Source: Cylindrospermopsis raciborskii Cr2010
GTDB taxonomy: Bacteria; Cyanobacteriota; Cyanobacteriia; Cyanobacteriales; Nostocaceae
Direction of reading: 5' to 3'
Assembly: GCF_003367075.2 (NCBI RefSeq)
Contig: NZ_CP065936.1
Location: 870,001-902,000 of the forward strand
Length of the DNA stretch: 32,000 nucleotides
The notes beneath the pieces were generated by a model. It was not told where the DNA came from and ran no database searches. It saw only the letters and a list, made by a program, of their open reading frames with translations. A program made the position numbers and the translations under genes. Within the stretch, counting starts at the first letter, position 1. Each line of letters begins with the position of its first letter. This document shows, piece by piece, positions 1 through 8,604 of this stretch.

Positions 1-332
1 ATTGGGCTAAGCAAGGTATCTTAATGCTAAATGCGGTGTTAACCGTAAGAGAGGGACAAGCCAATTCTCATAAAAATCAAGGTTGGGAACTTTTCACCGA
101 TGAGGTGATTAAAAAGGTTAATGAAAAAACAAAACCCGTCATCTTTGTTCTTTGGGGTGGATATGCGAGAAAAAAAGTCAAACTAATTGACACAAATCGA
201 CACTTAGTGATTGAATCAGCCCACCCTTCTCCTTTATCCGCCTATCATGGCTTTTTTGGTAGCAAACCCTTCTCAGCAATAAATTCAGCTTTAAAGATCT
301 GGGATAAACCAGAAATTGACTGGGGATTATAG
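1..332 (+). CDS. ung: Uracil-DNA glycosylase, family 1 (C-terminal part; 5' end lies outside the window)
   Basis: The frame is open from the window edge (codons from nt 3 read [15 protein letters not shown]...). Contains GQANSH and the family-1 UDG motif HPSPLSA. Stop TAG at 330-332. Confidence 0.85.
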   Translation, partial: WAKQGILMLNAVLTVREGQANSHKNQGWELFTDEVIKKVNEKTKPVIFVLWGGYARKKVKLIDTNRHLVIESAHPSPLSAYHGFFGSKPFSAINSALKIWDKPEIDWGL

Positions 333-396
333 CTTTAACCAAAACCAACCACGGATCCCATCTGTTAGAATCACTTTATAACTACCTTATGAAAAT

Positions 397-1875
397 ATGA
401 GCATAGCCACAGCTGTAAAAACAGAATACGAAGCCATCATAGGACTAGAAACCCATTGTCAACTTAGCACCAATACCAAAATTTTTTCCAGCAGCTCTAC
501 TGCTTTTGGTGCTGAACCCAACACCAATATTGACCCAGTCTGTATGGGTTTACCGGGTGTCTTACCAGTCCTCAATGCTAAAGTTCTAGAATATGCAGTT
601 AAAGCAGGTTTAGCTTTAAACTGTCAAATTGCCAAGTATAGTAAATTTGACCGTAAACAGTATTTTTATCCTGATCTGCCAAAAAACTATCAAATTTCCC
701 AATATGACCTACCCATAGCTGAACATGGTTGGCTAGAAATCGAAATGGTAGATGATCATGATAACCCCGTTCGTAAACGGATTGGTATTACTCGTCTACA
801 CATGGAAGAGGATGCAGGAAAGTTGGTGCATGCTGGCAGTGATCGATTAGCTGGTTCCAGTTATTCCCTAGTAGACTACAATCGTGCTGGTGTACCCTTA
901 ATAGAAATTGTTTCGGAACCCGATCTACGTTCCGGTCAAGAAGCAGCTGAATACGCCCAGGAATTACGTAGAATTATGCGATATTTGGGTGTGAGTGATG
1001 GGAATATGCAAGAAGGTTCCCTCCGCTGTGATGTGAATATTTCTGTTCGTCCAGTGGGGGAAAAGAAATTTGGCACTAAGGTGGAAATCAAAAATATGAA
1101 CTCCTTTAGTGCTATCCAAAGAGCAATAGATTATGAGATTCAACGTCAAATTGCTGCTATAGAAGCAGGAGAGAGAATAATTCAAGAAACCCGTTTGTGG
1201 GAGGAAGGTTCCCAACGCACTAGCAGTATGCGAGTGAAAGAAGGTTCTAGTGATTATCGTTATTTCCCCGAACCGGATTTAGCACCTATTGAAGTTTCCC
1301 ATAGCCAACTAGAAACCTGGAGATCTGAATTACCAGAATTACCCGCTCAAAAACGTCACCGTTATGAACATGAGTTGGGACTTTCAGCATACGATACCAG
1401 AGTCTTAACGGAGGATCTACCAGTCACAGAATATTTTGAAACTGCTATAAATGCTGGTGCTAACCCCAAATCAGCTGCTAATTGGATTACTCAAGATATA
1501 GCTGCCTACCTAAACAAACAAAAACTTACCATATCAGAAATTAAACTGACACCCCAGACCATAGCGGAGGTGATTAGTCGTATTGAGAAAGGTAAAATTA
1601 GTAATGCTCAAGCAAAAGAAAAATTGGCGGATTTACTTACAGGTATTTCTGTGGAGGAAGTCTTTGCTGGTCAGGAATTAATCACGGATCCAGCCGTGTT
1701 AGGTCCCATAGTGGATGAAATAATTGCTGCTAATCCACAACAGGTGGAGAAATACCGGGGTGGCAATATTAACCTCAAGGGTTTCTTTGTGGGACAAGTA
1801 TTGAAAAAGACTAATAAACGAGCGGAACCCAAACTAACCAACGAACTAGTGGAAAGAAAACTCAACAACTCATAA
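397..1875 (+). CDS. gatB: Asp-tRNA(Asn)/Glu-tRNA(Gln) amidotransferase subunit B
   Basis: 492 aa. The N-terminus (YEAIIGLETHCQL), RLHMEEDAGK and the C-terminal GatB/YqeY-like tail (KGFFVGQVLK) are typical of GatB. Confidence 0.95.
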   Translation: MSIATAVKTEYEAIIGLETHCQLSTNTKIFSSSSTAFGAEPNTNIDPVCMGLPGVLPVLNAKVLEYAVKAGLALNCQIAKYSKFDRKQYFYPDLPKNYQISQYDLPIAEHGWLEIEMVDDHDNPVRKRIGITRLHMEEDAGKLVHAGSDRLAGSSYSLVDYNRAGVPLIEIVSEPDLRSGQEAAEYAQELRRIMRYLGVSDGNMQEGSLRCDVNISVRPVGEKKFGTKVEIKNMNSFSAIQRAIDYEIQRQIAAIEAGERIIQETRLWEEGSQRTSSMRVKEGSSDYRYFPEPDLAPIEVSHSQLETWRSELPELPAQKRHRYEHELGLSAYDTRVLTEDLPVTEYFETAINAGANPKSAANWITQDIAAYLNKQKLTISEIKLTPQTIAEVISRIEKGKISNAQAKEKLADLLTGISVEEVFAGQELITDPAVLGPIVDEIIAANPQQVEKYRGGNINLKGFFVGQVLKKTNKRAEPKLTNELVERKLNNS

Positions 1876-1923
1876 CCAACCGGAAAAAAAATGGAAAAAT
1901 TTGAAAAAAAACTAAAAAGGGGT

Positions 1924-1952
1924 TTGACCCCTCACACTAATAGTGTTATAGT
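1924..1952 (+). promoter_or_regulatory. Near-consensus sigma70-type promoter: TTGACC (1924-1929), 17 nt spacer, TATAGT (1947-1952)
   Basis: Hexamers and spacer were read directly from the sequence. Four A-tracts (1884-1891, 1895-1899, 1904-1911, 1914-1918) lie directly upstream at about 10 bp spacing, as in an UP element. Confidence 0.5.
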
Positions 1953-1958
1953 GTGATA

Positions 1959-2008
1959 AGTAGATGCACCCTGATGATTTGGAGAGCTATTTCATGGCTC
2001 TCTTTTTT
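1959..2008 (+). ncRNA. Candidate small RNA of about 50 nt (unnamed) between gatB and argJ
   Basis: The predicted start is about 7 nt after the TATAGT box, and the transcript would end at the hairpin plus T6 terminator at 1982-2008. No ORF. argJ has its own TATAAT box at 2060-2065, downstream of the terminator. Confidence 0.35.
1982..2008 (+). terminator. Intrinsic terminator: GAGAGC / 9-nt loop / GCTCTC followed by TTTTTT
   Basis: Stem 1982-1987 pairs with 1997-2002, loop is TATTTCATG, T-run at 2003-2008. It may also terminate gatB read-through. Confidence 0.6.
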
Positions 2009-2105
2009 CATTTCTGGTAATTTTTGGTGATTTTTTTAGGTTCCCTTCGCCTTATATATGTATAATGGTTGTGCTAAGAACTTGTGGAGTTTTGGGGCCT
2101 TCATT

Positions 2106-3347
2106 ATGGCAGACTGGGATGAAATCACGGGTGGTATCACCGCAGCACGGGGATATAGAGCTGCAGGAATCGCAGCTGGGTTAAAACCTTCGGGACTACC
2201 TGATTTAGCTTTAATTCTATCAGACGTAGATGCAATTGCTGCTGGTGTATTCACCACAAGTCATGTAAGGGCCGCCTGTGTAGATTATTGTCGTCAAAGA
2301 CTACAGACCAAGCATACAACCAGAGCTATACTGTGTAATGCAGGTCAAGCTAATGCTGCAACTGGTGACCAAGGTATCAAAGATACAATAGAAAGTGCAA
2401 ACCTATTAGGGAAAGAACTAAATATAAACCCGGAGTCAATTTTGCTTGCTTCTACGGGGGTAATTGGTCAGAGAATTAAAATGGATGCTTTGGCAAATGG
2501 TATACCCAAACTGGTTGCCCAACTCTCGGAAACAGGTTCAGATGCAGCAGCTAAGGCTATTGTGACTACAGATTTAGTCACCAAATCCATTGCGTTGGAA
2601 ACCACCATACATGACCGTCCAGTACGTATTGGTGGTATTGCCAAAGGTTCAGGGATGATTCACCCGCAAATGGCTACCATGCTGGCATTTATCACCTGTG
2701 ATGCAGCGGTTTCCCCCACTCTATGGCAGCAAATGTTAACACGCGCTGCAGATAGAAGCTTCAATTCCATTACCGTAGATGGTGATACCAGCACTAATGA
2801 TAGTTTAATTGCCTTAGCCAATGGAGAATCTCGCACACCCGCTATTACCGAAATAGGACCAGAATCCGAAAAACTAGAAGGGATGTTAACAGCTGTTTGT
2901 CAACACTTGGCAAAAGCGATCGCTCGTGATGGTGAAGGTGCAACTTGTTTAGTAGAGGTACAGGTTACAGGTGCAGCGGATGAAACCGCAGCGCGACAAA
3001 TAGCTAAAACCATTGCTGGGTCATCCCTAGTCAAGGCGGCAATTTTTGGACGTGATCCCAATTGGGGACGTATTGCTGGTGCTGCTGGACGTGCGGGAGT
3101 GCCATTTGAACAAGATCACCTGAAAATTAAGATTGGTGACTTCCTGCTGATGGAAAATGGTCAACCCCTACCCTTTGATAAAGGTGCTGTCAATGCCTAT
3201 TTAAAACAAGCAGCTTCAGGAACTTATCTCAAAGAAGATACGGTGTTAATTACTGTCAGTGTTGGTCATGGAAATGGTTTTGGTCAAGCTTGGGGTTGTG
3301 ATTTGAGTTATGACTATGTAAAAATTAATGCCAAATATACAACTTAA
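2106..3347 (+). CDS. argJ: Bifunctional ornithine acetyltransferase / N-acetylglutamate synthase
   Basis: ArgJ-type sequence with the autoprocessing region GMIHPQMATMLAFITCDA. I prefer the ATG at 2106 (MADWDEITGG...) to the ORF-track start at 2058, because a TATAAT box at 2060-2065 lies inside that extension. Confidence 0.9.
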   Translation: MADWDEITGGITAARGYRAAGIAAGLKPSGLPDLALILSDVDAIAAGVFTTSHVRAACVDYCRQRLQTKHTTRAILCNAGQANAATGDQGIKDTIESANLLGKELNINPESILLASTGVIGQRIKMDALANGIPKLVAQLSETGSDAAAKAIVTTDLVTKSIALETTIHDRPVRIGGIAKGSGMIHPQMATMLAFITCDAAVSPTLWQQMLTRAADRSFNSITVDGDTSTNDSLIALANGESRTPAITEIGPESEKLEGMLTAVCQHLAKAIARDGEGATCLVEVQVTGAADETAARQIAKTIAGSSLVKAAIFGRDPNWGRIAGAAGRAGVPFEQDHLKIKIGDFLLMENGQPLPFDKGAVNAYLKQAASGTYLKEDTVLITVSVGHGNGFGQAWGCDLSYDYVKINAKYTT

Positions 3348-3370
3348 CAACTTAGATATAACACATAACT

Positions 3371-4660
3371 ATGAGTGCGACTTCTCAGTTTCTAACCCTA
3401 ACGGGGATAAATAAGGTAACTCCTTGGGAAGAACTAGGTCAGACTGTACAAGAACGGGTGCGATTGGCAATGGATCAAACCCACCCCAGTTGTATGGTTT
3501 ATCCCCAAACCCAAGAAGAACTAAGTACGATTATAGCCACAGCAAATAGTAATAGATGGCGAGTTCTGACCTGTGGGGGGATGACGAAAATTAACTGGGG
3601 TGGTTTAACCAGTCCTGATATTATTGTCATTGTCAGCACAGAATATATAAATAAACTCATAGAACATGCGGTTGGTGATTTGACCATTACAGTAGAAGCG
3701 GGAATCAAATTCAGGGAAATCCAGGAGATTTTAGGCAAACGTGGGCAAACCTTGGGATTAGATCCTGCGTTTCCTGAACATGCGACTATTGGGGGTATAG
3801 TAGCGACTGGGGACACTGGTTCTCTACGTCAACGTTATGGAGGAGTGCGTGACCAACTTTTAGGCATAACTTTTGTCCGCGCTGATGGAAAAATTGCCAA
3901 AGCTGGGGGAAGGGTGGTGAAAAACGTTGCTGGTTATGATCTGATGAAATTGTTGACTGGTGCTTATGGTACTCTGGGGGTTATCAGTCAAGTTACCCTT
4001 AGGGTTTATCCTTTACCAGAAACTTCGGGAACAGTAATACTAACTGGTCAACCTGAACCTATTTCCCAGGTTGCCAAAATTCTTCAAAGTTCTCAATTAA
4101 CACCAACCCAAGCTGATTTAATATCCCATGGATTAGTTTCCCAATTAGGTTTAGGAGACGGTATTGGTTTAATGGTTAGGTTTCAAAGTATTGAGAACAG
4201 CGTCCAGCAGCAGTTACAAAGATGTTCAAGTATGGGGGAAGAACTAGGTTTAACATCAACAGTCTATTTAGGTGATGAGACTAAGCAAGAAGCCAGTCTA
4301 TGGCAACAATTACCAGAACTAATCTATAACTGCGGGCACAATTGGGAAATTACTGCCAAAATAGGAGTATTGCCAACTGCTGCTGTGAACATCATTAGTC
4401 AAATCCAGTATGGATTAATTCATCTCAATAGCGGGTTAGGTTTAGTCCGGTTAGAAGACGAAAATCCGGTTCTCACCTTGCGCAGTTTGTGTCAGGAGAA
4501 TTTAGGGTTTTTAAGTATGTTATCCGCACCGGTAACAGTCAAAAAAAATATGGATGTTTGGGGTTATAATGCCAATAACATAGAAATTATGCGACGGATT
4601 AAACAACAATTTGATCCCAATTCCATATTAAATCCTGGTCGATTTATAGGTGGGATTTAA
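3371..4660 (+). CDS. glcE: FAD-binding (PCMH-type) oxidoreductase, glycolate oxidase subunit GlcE-like
   Basis: FAD-binding region (GGMTKINWGG, VKNVAGYDLMKLLTGAYGTLGVISQVTLRV). Lies directly upstream of a GlcF-type Fe-S protein gene. Confidence 0.75.
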   Translation: MSATSQFLTLTGINKVTPWEELGQTVQERVRLAMDQTHPSCMVYPQTQEELSTIIATANSNRWRVLTCGGMTKINWGGLTSPDIIVIVSTEYINKLIEHAVGDLTITVEAGIKFREIQEILGKRGQTLGLDPAFPEHATIGGIVATGDTGSLRQRYGGVRDQLLGITFVRADGKIAKAGGRVVKNVAGYDLMKLLTGAYGTLGVISQVTLRVYPLPETSGTVILTGQPEPISQVAKILQSSQLTPTQADLISHGLVSQLGLGDGIGLMVRFQSIENSVQQQLQRCSSMGEELGLTSTVYLGDETKQEASLWQQLPELIYNCGHNWEITAKIGVLPTAAVNIISQIQYGLIHLNSGLGLVRLEDENPVLTLRSLCQENLGFLSMLSAPVTVKKNMDVWGYNANNIEIMRRIKQQFDPNSILNPGRFIGGI

Positions 4661-4776
4661 GTTTGGCGACTTAAATTTGGCAATTTAAATTTTGGTAATA
4701 ATTAATCAAGCAGATTTTTAAAAAGTATAAATCAAAAATATCAAAAACTGTCAAAAACTAAAAGAGGAACAAAATC

Positions 4777-6132
4777 ATGCAAATTGCCAGTGGTTCCAGC
4801 AATGATATGAAAAATCTACAGGGATTTGATTCCAACCATCCCCCCGACCCAAAATTAATTGATAGTTGTGTGCATTGTGGATTTTGTCTTTCCACATGTC
4901 CTAGTTATCGGGTGATAGGTAAAGAAATGGACTCACCCAGAGGTCGTATTTATTTAATGGATGCTATTAACGAAGGGGAAATTGCCCTAAATACTGCTAC
5001 AGTTCAACACTTTGACTCTTGCTTAGGTTGTCTTGCCTGTGTTTCTACTTGTCCTTCTGGAGTACAGTATGATAAGTTGATTTCCGCGACTCGTCACCAG
5101 GTAGAAAGGAATTATCAGCGCAGTTTTGCTGATAAATTAATCCGACAATTAATCTTCTCCCTTTTTCCTAATCCAGATATTTTAAGAATATTGCTTTTTC
5201 CCCTATTTCTCTATCAGAAGTTGGGAATTTCCCAATTGTTACGCGCTACCAGACTAATCCAGAAAATCTCTCCTAGGTTAGCTGCGATGGAATCAATTTT
5301 ACCGAAAATTACCATCCAGTCTTTTGGTAATAATTTACCAGATATCATTCCCGCTCAGGGTGCAAAACGCTATCGAGTAGGAATGATTTTAGGATGTGTA
5401 CAACGTCTGTTTTTCTCCCCCGTTAATGAAGCAACAGTGCGGGTTTTAACTGCTAATGGTTGTGAGGTAATCATTCCCAAGTCCCAGGGTTGTTGTGCTG
5501 CGCTTCCTGAACACCAAGGACAAACAGAACAAGCAAAAGCTTTAGCAAGACAAATGATTGACAGTTTTGCAGATAGCAATGTGGATTTTATCATTATTAA
5601 TGCTGCTGGTTGTGGTCATACCTTAAAGGAATATGGTCATATTTTAGCTGATGACCCAGAATACGCAGCAAAAGCTCAAATATTTGCAGCAAAGGTAAAA
5701 GATGCGCAGGAATTTTTAGTGTCGGTTGGGTTAACTGCTGAACTTTCATCCTTGAGCGACAAACCTTTAACTTTAGTTTATCAAGATGCTTGTCATTTAT
5801 TGCACGGTCAAAAAATTAGTCTTCAACCTCGTCAACTTCTAAAACAAATTCCAGGGGTAAATTTAAAAGAACCTTTAGATGCTGCTTTGTGTTGTGGAAG
5901 CGCAGGAGTTTATAATCTCCTACAACCAGAAATTGCTCAGGAGCTGGGTGAGCAAAAAGCACAGAATTTATTAAATACAGGTGCTGATGTTATTGCTTCT
6001 CCTAACCCAGGATGTAGTTTACAAATCAGTAAATATTTGGGGGATAGAAAAGCATCTGTCATGCACCCTATGGAATTATTGGACTATTCTATTCGCAATC
6101 AAAAATTGCCACTGGAGCAGATTATTTCATAA
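4777..6132 (+). CDS. glcF: Glycolate oxidase iron-sulfur subunit (2x[4Fe-4S] plus two CCG domains)
   Basis: Two ferredoxin motifs (CVHCGFCLSTCP, CLGCLACVSTCP) and cysteine-rich CCG-type repeats (CCAALPE, LCCGSAG, NPGC). Confidence 0.85.
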   Translation: MQIASGSSNDMKNLQGFDSNHPPDPKLIDSCVHCGFCLSTCPSYRVIGKEMDSPRGRIYLMDAINEGEIALNTATVQHFDSCLGCLACVSTCPSGVQYDKLISATRHQVERNYQRSFADKLIRQLIFSLFPNPDILRILLFPLFLYQKLGISQLLRATRLIQKISPRLAAMESILPKITIQSFGNNLPDIIPAQGAKRYRVGMILGCVQRLFFSPVNEATVRVLTANGCEVIIPKSQGCCAALPEHQGQTEQAKALARQMIDSFADSNVDFIIINAAGCGHTLKEYGHILADDPEYAAKAQIFAAKVKDAQEFLVSVGLTAELSSLSDKPLTLVYQDACHLLHGQKISLQPRQLLKQIPGVNLKEPLDAALCCGSAGVYNLLQPEIAQELGEQKAQNLLNTGADVIASPNPGCSLQISKYLGDRKASVMHPMELLDYSIRNQKLPLEQIIS

Positions 6133-7126
6133 AGAACTTGGATAAATATTTACCTACTTTGGGAAGTAGGGATTTCAGTACATTTGGTATAAAGAGCATA
6201 AGTAGGGAATTTTCTATCAATGAAACTGAATCATGGGAGAAAACATTGACGCTGATTACCAAGTTAGTGACTACCCAAACCAACCAGCTAATAACAGGTT
6301 CTATAAATTTATCCACAGATTTATTTCTTATCCTTACCAGTAGTTTTTTTAATTGACTGATAATTAGTAAACTCAATGTTCCCAAAACTAAAAATATTAT
6401 TATCCAACCCAAGGTTGAGATTAATATTGATAACCACAATGACATTCCGGAGGAGATTTTCCAGGTTATGACAGCTGCGGGAAATATAGCAGATACAAAC
6501 CAATACACTGAATTCAAATTACTTCTTAGACATTTGGTGACTTGTTCTGTTAGCCAATAATGGGAATTGACAATACCAGAAGCATCCCCATTGTTTATTA
6601 AGTCCTGGGATATTTTTTGGATAATATCACCGTCAAATAGTATGGTGCTTTGCATCATAATATTTAAATTATCAAAATGCTGATTTTCAGTTGATTGATA
6701 ATAGGAATTAAAGGTAAACCCAGATTGAAATTTAATGGTTTTATTGCGGTTCTGACTGGTGAGTATTTTCCAAGTTTTTACCAGGAAGAAATATATTAAA
6801 ACAGATAACTGGGGATGTTGATAAATATCCACACTCTTATCATAATTCTCATCCCTATCAACAAGGGAATCAAAAATGGAATAGTACCATAAATTCAATA
6901 ACAGTCCCTTGGGTATATCTAAAGATATACCCTGCAATTTTAACTGTGCAATTTTTTCTAAAATAGTTCTATTTAAATAAAAACTATATGCTCCTTCCTC
7001 AGCTTTTACCTCTAAGCAACAATTATCTTGGCCATTATTTTGGGGAAATTGCCAGGGAAATAAGAAACCATAATTCAAACTATAATTCAGGTCTGGTTTC
7101 TGGTAATTTTCTTGGAATATATTCAC
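6122..7126 (-). CDS. Hypothetical protein: about 200 aa soluble N-terminal part with a 'DGDI' module, then a C-terminal 3-4 helix membrane domain
   Basis: 334 aa ORF and third gene of a tight minus-strand operon. Hydrophobic segments include VYWFVSAIFPAAVITW, LWLSILISTLGWIIIFLVLGTLSLLII and VISWLVWVVTNLVISVNVF. I recognise no known family. Its 3' end overlaps glcF by 11 nt (convergent). Confidence 0.6.
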   Translation of the reverse strand: MNIFQENYQKPDLNYSLNYGFLFPWQFPQNNGQDNCCLEVKAEEGAYSFYLNRTILEKIAQLKLQGISLDIPKGLLLNLWYYSIFDSLVDRDENYDKSVDIYQHPQLSVLIYFFLVKTWKILTSQNRNKTIKFQSGFTFNSYYQSTENQHFDNLNIMMQSTILFDGDIIQKISQDLINNGDASGIVNSHYWLTEQVTKCLRSNLNSVYWFVSAIFPAAVITWKISSGMSLWLSILISTLGWIIIFLVLGTLSLLIISQLKKLLVRIRNKSVDKFIEPVISWLVWVVTNLVISVNVFSHDSVSLIENSLLMLFIPNVLKSLLPKVGKYLSKFFMK

Positions 7127-7160
7127 GCATCACCCACCCAAACTACTAACATATCTAAGT

Positions 7161-7958
7161 TCAAGAAGCAATACCTTTGATAAAATTAATCAGGAAGTCT
7201 ATTACCTCACGCCATTGTTTTTCTCCAGATACCACTCCATCATTATGAACCTTCATAATTAGATCTTTATCAGATTCCTTCAAACTGAATAAATCGCGGT
7301 GATAACGAGTAATAATATCTCCGTCTAATTGGATGATGGTTTGAGCATAGATGGTATCCACATTTTCACTTGTGACATCACCCCCATCCAGTGCTGCTTT
7401 CATTTCTGAAACCTTCCGCAAGGTCAATACAAACTTATCATCAGTCACTAGTTCGGCGATTTTCTGATAATTTTCCACCTGACTTTCCTGGTCAAAAGGT
7501 GAGGGTAAAACTATTTGGGATACTTTTGTACCATCGGAATTTAAGCGATTTTCATCTATATATTGCAGACGACTACGATATTCCTGCACCACCCGAGCTT
7601 TGGGTGATGGAGACTCTAATTCCTTGATTAAAAGCGTATAAATATATTCTCTTTCCAATTGCAAGAATATATTAATATAACGGTCTTCTAACTCGGACAC
7701 AATGTTCTTACTGGCAAAATAATTGGGTTGACTTATGGCATAAATATTATAGTATGATTGCCAGGGGTTGAATTTGGAACCGCTAATACTACTTACAACT
7801 ATTGTATTTACCTCTAAGCTTGTAATATCCCTAACTATTACGCCTACGGTATCAACAAATTTGCCCAGTAGGTCTTTAGCTCTCCCTGCTGTACCTTGAT
7901 TTGGCTGAGATTCCAAAGAATTTGAGTCTTTTGCTAACATGGGGGTTGCTCTCCGCAT
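7161..7958 (-). CDS. Hypothetical soluble protein, paralogous to both neighbours (N-terminal D..V..D[IV]..L.[IV].T.V module and C-terminal 'DGDI' module)
   Basis: 265 aa ORF, 19 nt downstream of the previous gene and 34 nt upstream of the next. I recognise no known family. Confidence 0.6.
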   Translation of the reverse strand: MRRATPMLAKDSNSLESQPNQGTAGRAKDLLGKFVDTVGVIVRDITSLEVNTIVVSSISGSKFNPWQSYYNIYAISQPNYFASKNIVSELEDRYINIFLQLEREYIYTLLIKELESPSPKARVVQEYRSRLQYIDENRLNSDGTKVSQIVLPSPFDQESQVENYQKIAELVTDDKFVLTLRKVSEMKAALDGGDVTSENVDTIYAQTIIQLDGDIITRYHRDLFSLKESDKDLIMKVHNDGVVSGEKQWREVIDFLINFIKGIAS

Positions 7959-7977
7959 TAAGTACCGTGGATAAATG

Positions 7978-8466
7978 CTAGGGAAGTTTTGCTAGTTGCG
8001 AACTTTGGCTATTTTGACTTTGTTTAACCATTGACATCAAAATCTCACCCAGTTTTTGCACGCTTTCTATGTTTTTTTGGATTATTTCCCGACCTTCCTG
8101 AACTTGGCTCAAATGAAATTCCCTCAGCTCTACATAGGGACCACTACCAATGAAGCTAGTACCTATTTCATTTCTAATGTCACCATCAACCAGGTTAATA
8201 CGGGTTACCATTTTGTTCTCTGGTTTGGCACTAGAAGCGTTGTTGTTATATGATGACTCATCAATAACAGAAGTTTCAATTTGTAACTCAATTACATCTG
8301 CAAGGACTGTCTTAACAATATCCATGACACTACTCAAGTTCACAGCATTGCTCTTAAAATCTAAATTGTTAAGCTGGCTTTGGAACTTATTTACTTTTGC
8401 TGACTCGACCTTTTCAATTTGCACTGTTTGGATTTCTAGGTTGGCGGAGAGGTTGGTTTCAGACAT
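7978..8466 (-). CDS. Hypothetical small soluble protein, first gene of the three-gene operon; shares both modules with the 265 aa protein
   Basis: 162 aa ORF. VMDIVKTVLADVIELQIETSVI aligns with FVDTVGVIVRDITSLEVNTIVV in the 265 aa protein, and TRINLVDGDIRNEIG aligns with TIIQLDGDIITRY. Confidence 0.6.
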   Translation of the reverse strand: MSETNLSANLEIQTVQIEKVESAKVNKFQSQLNNLDFKSNAVNLSSVMDIVKTVLADVIELQIETSVIDESSYNNNASSAKPENKMVTRINLVDGDIRNEIGTSFIGSGPYVELREFHLSQVQEGREIIQKNIESVQKLGEILMSMVKQSQNSQSSQLAKLP

Positions 8467-8604
8467 ACTTACTTTTAGGTACTATGTGAAAAAGTGTGGA
8501 TAGGACTGTATGGGTTTCCATTAGCACTCCACTAGGGCATTATTAACTACTTGAGATTTTTTTTCCATTGTTTTTAAAAAAACTTAACAAGAGTAAATTT
8601 TACT

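Noticed and set aside
1918-1940. Yfr1-like sRNA, because CCCCTCACAC resembles the conserved ACUCCUCACAC motif
   Set aside because: The match is partial, half of it is buried in the GGGGT/ACCCC stem, and the following hairpin has no U-run on the plus strand. The stretch is better explained as the promoter -35 region plus a minus-strand terminator.
2036-2257. 73 aa minus-strand ORF, and the 16-codon N-terminal extension of argJ (start at 2058)
   Set aside because: The minus-strand ORF is antisense to the argJ 5' end and has no features of its own. The extension begins inside a TATAAT box and adds a non-ArgJ-like peptide, so the ATG at 2106 is preferred.
6138-6503. Two short ORFs (72 aa plus strand, 60 aa minus strand in another frame) overlapping the 334 aa gene
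   Set aside because: Both lie completely inside the much longer 6122-7126 ORF and are low-complexity translations of AT-rich sequence.
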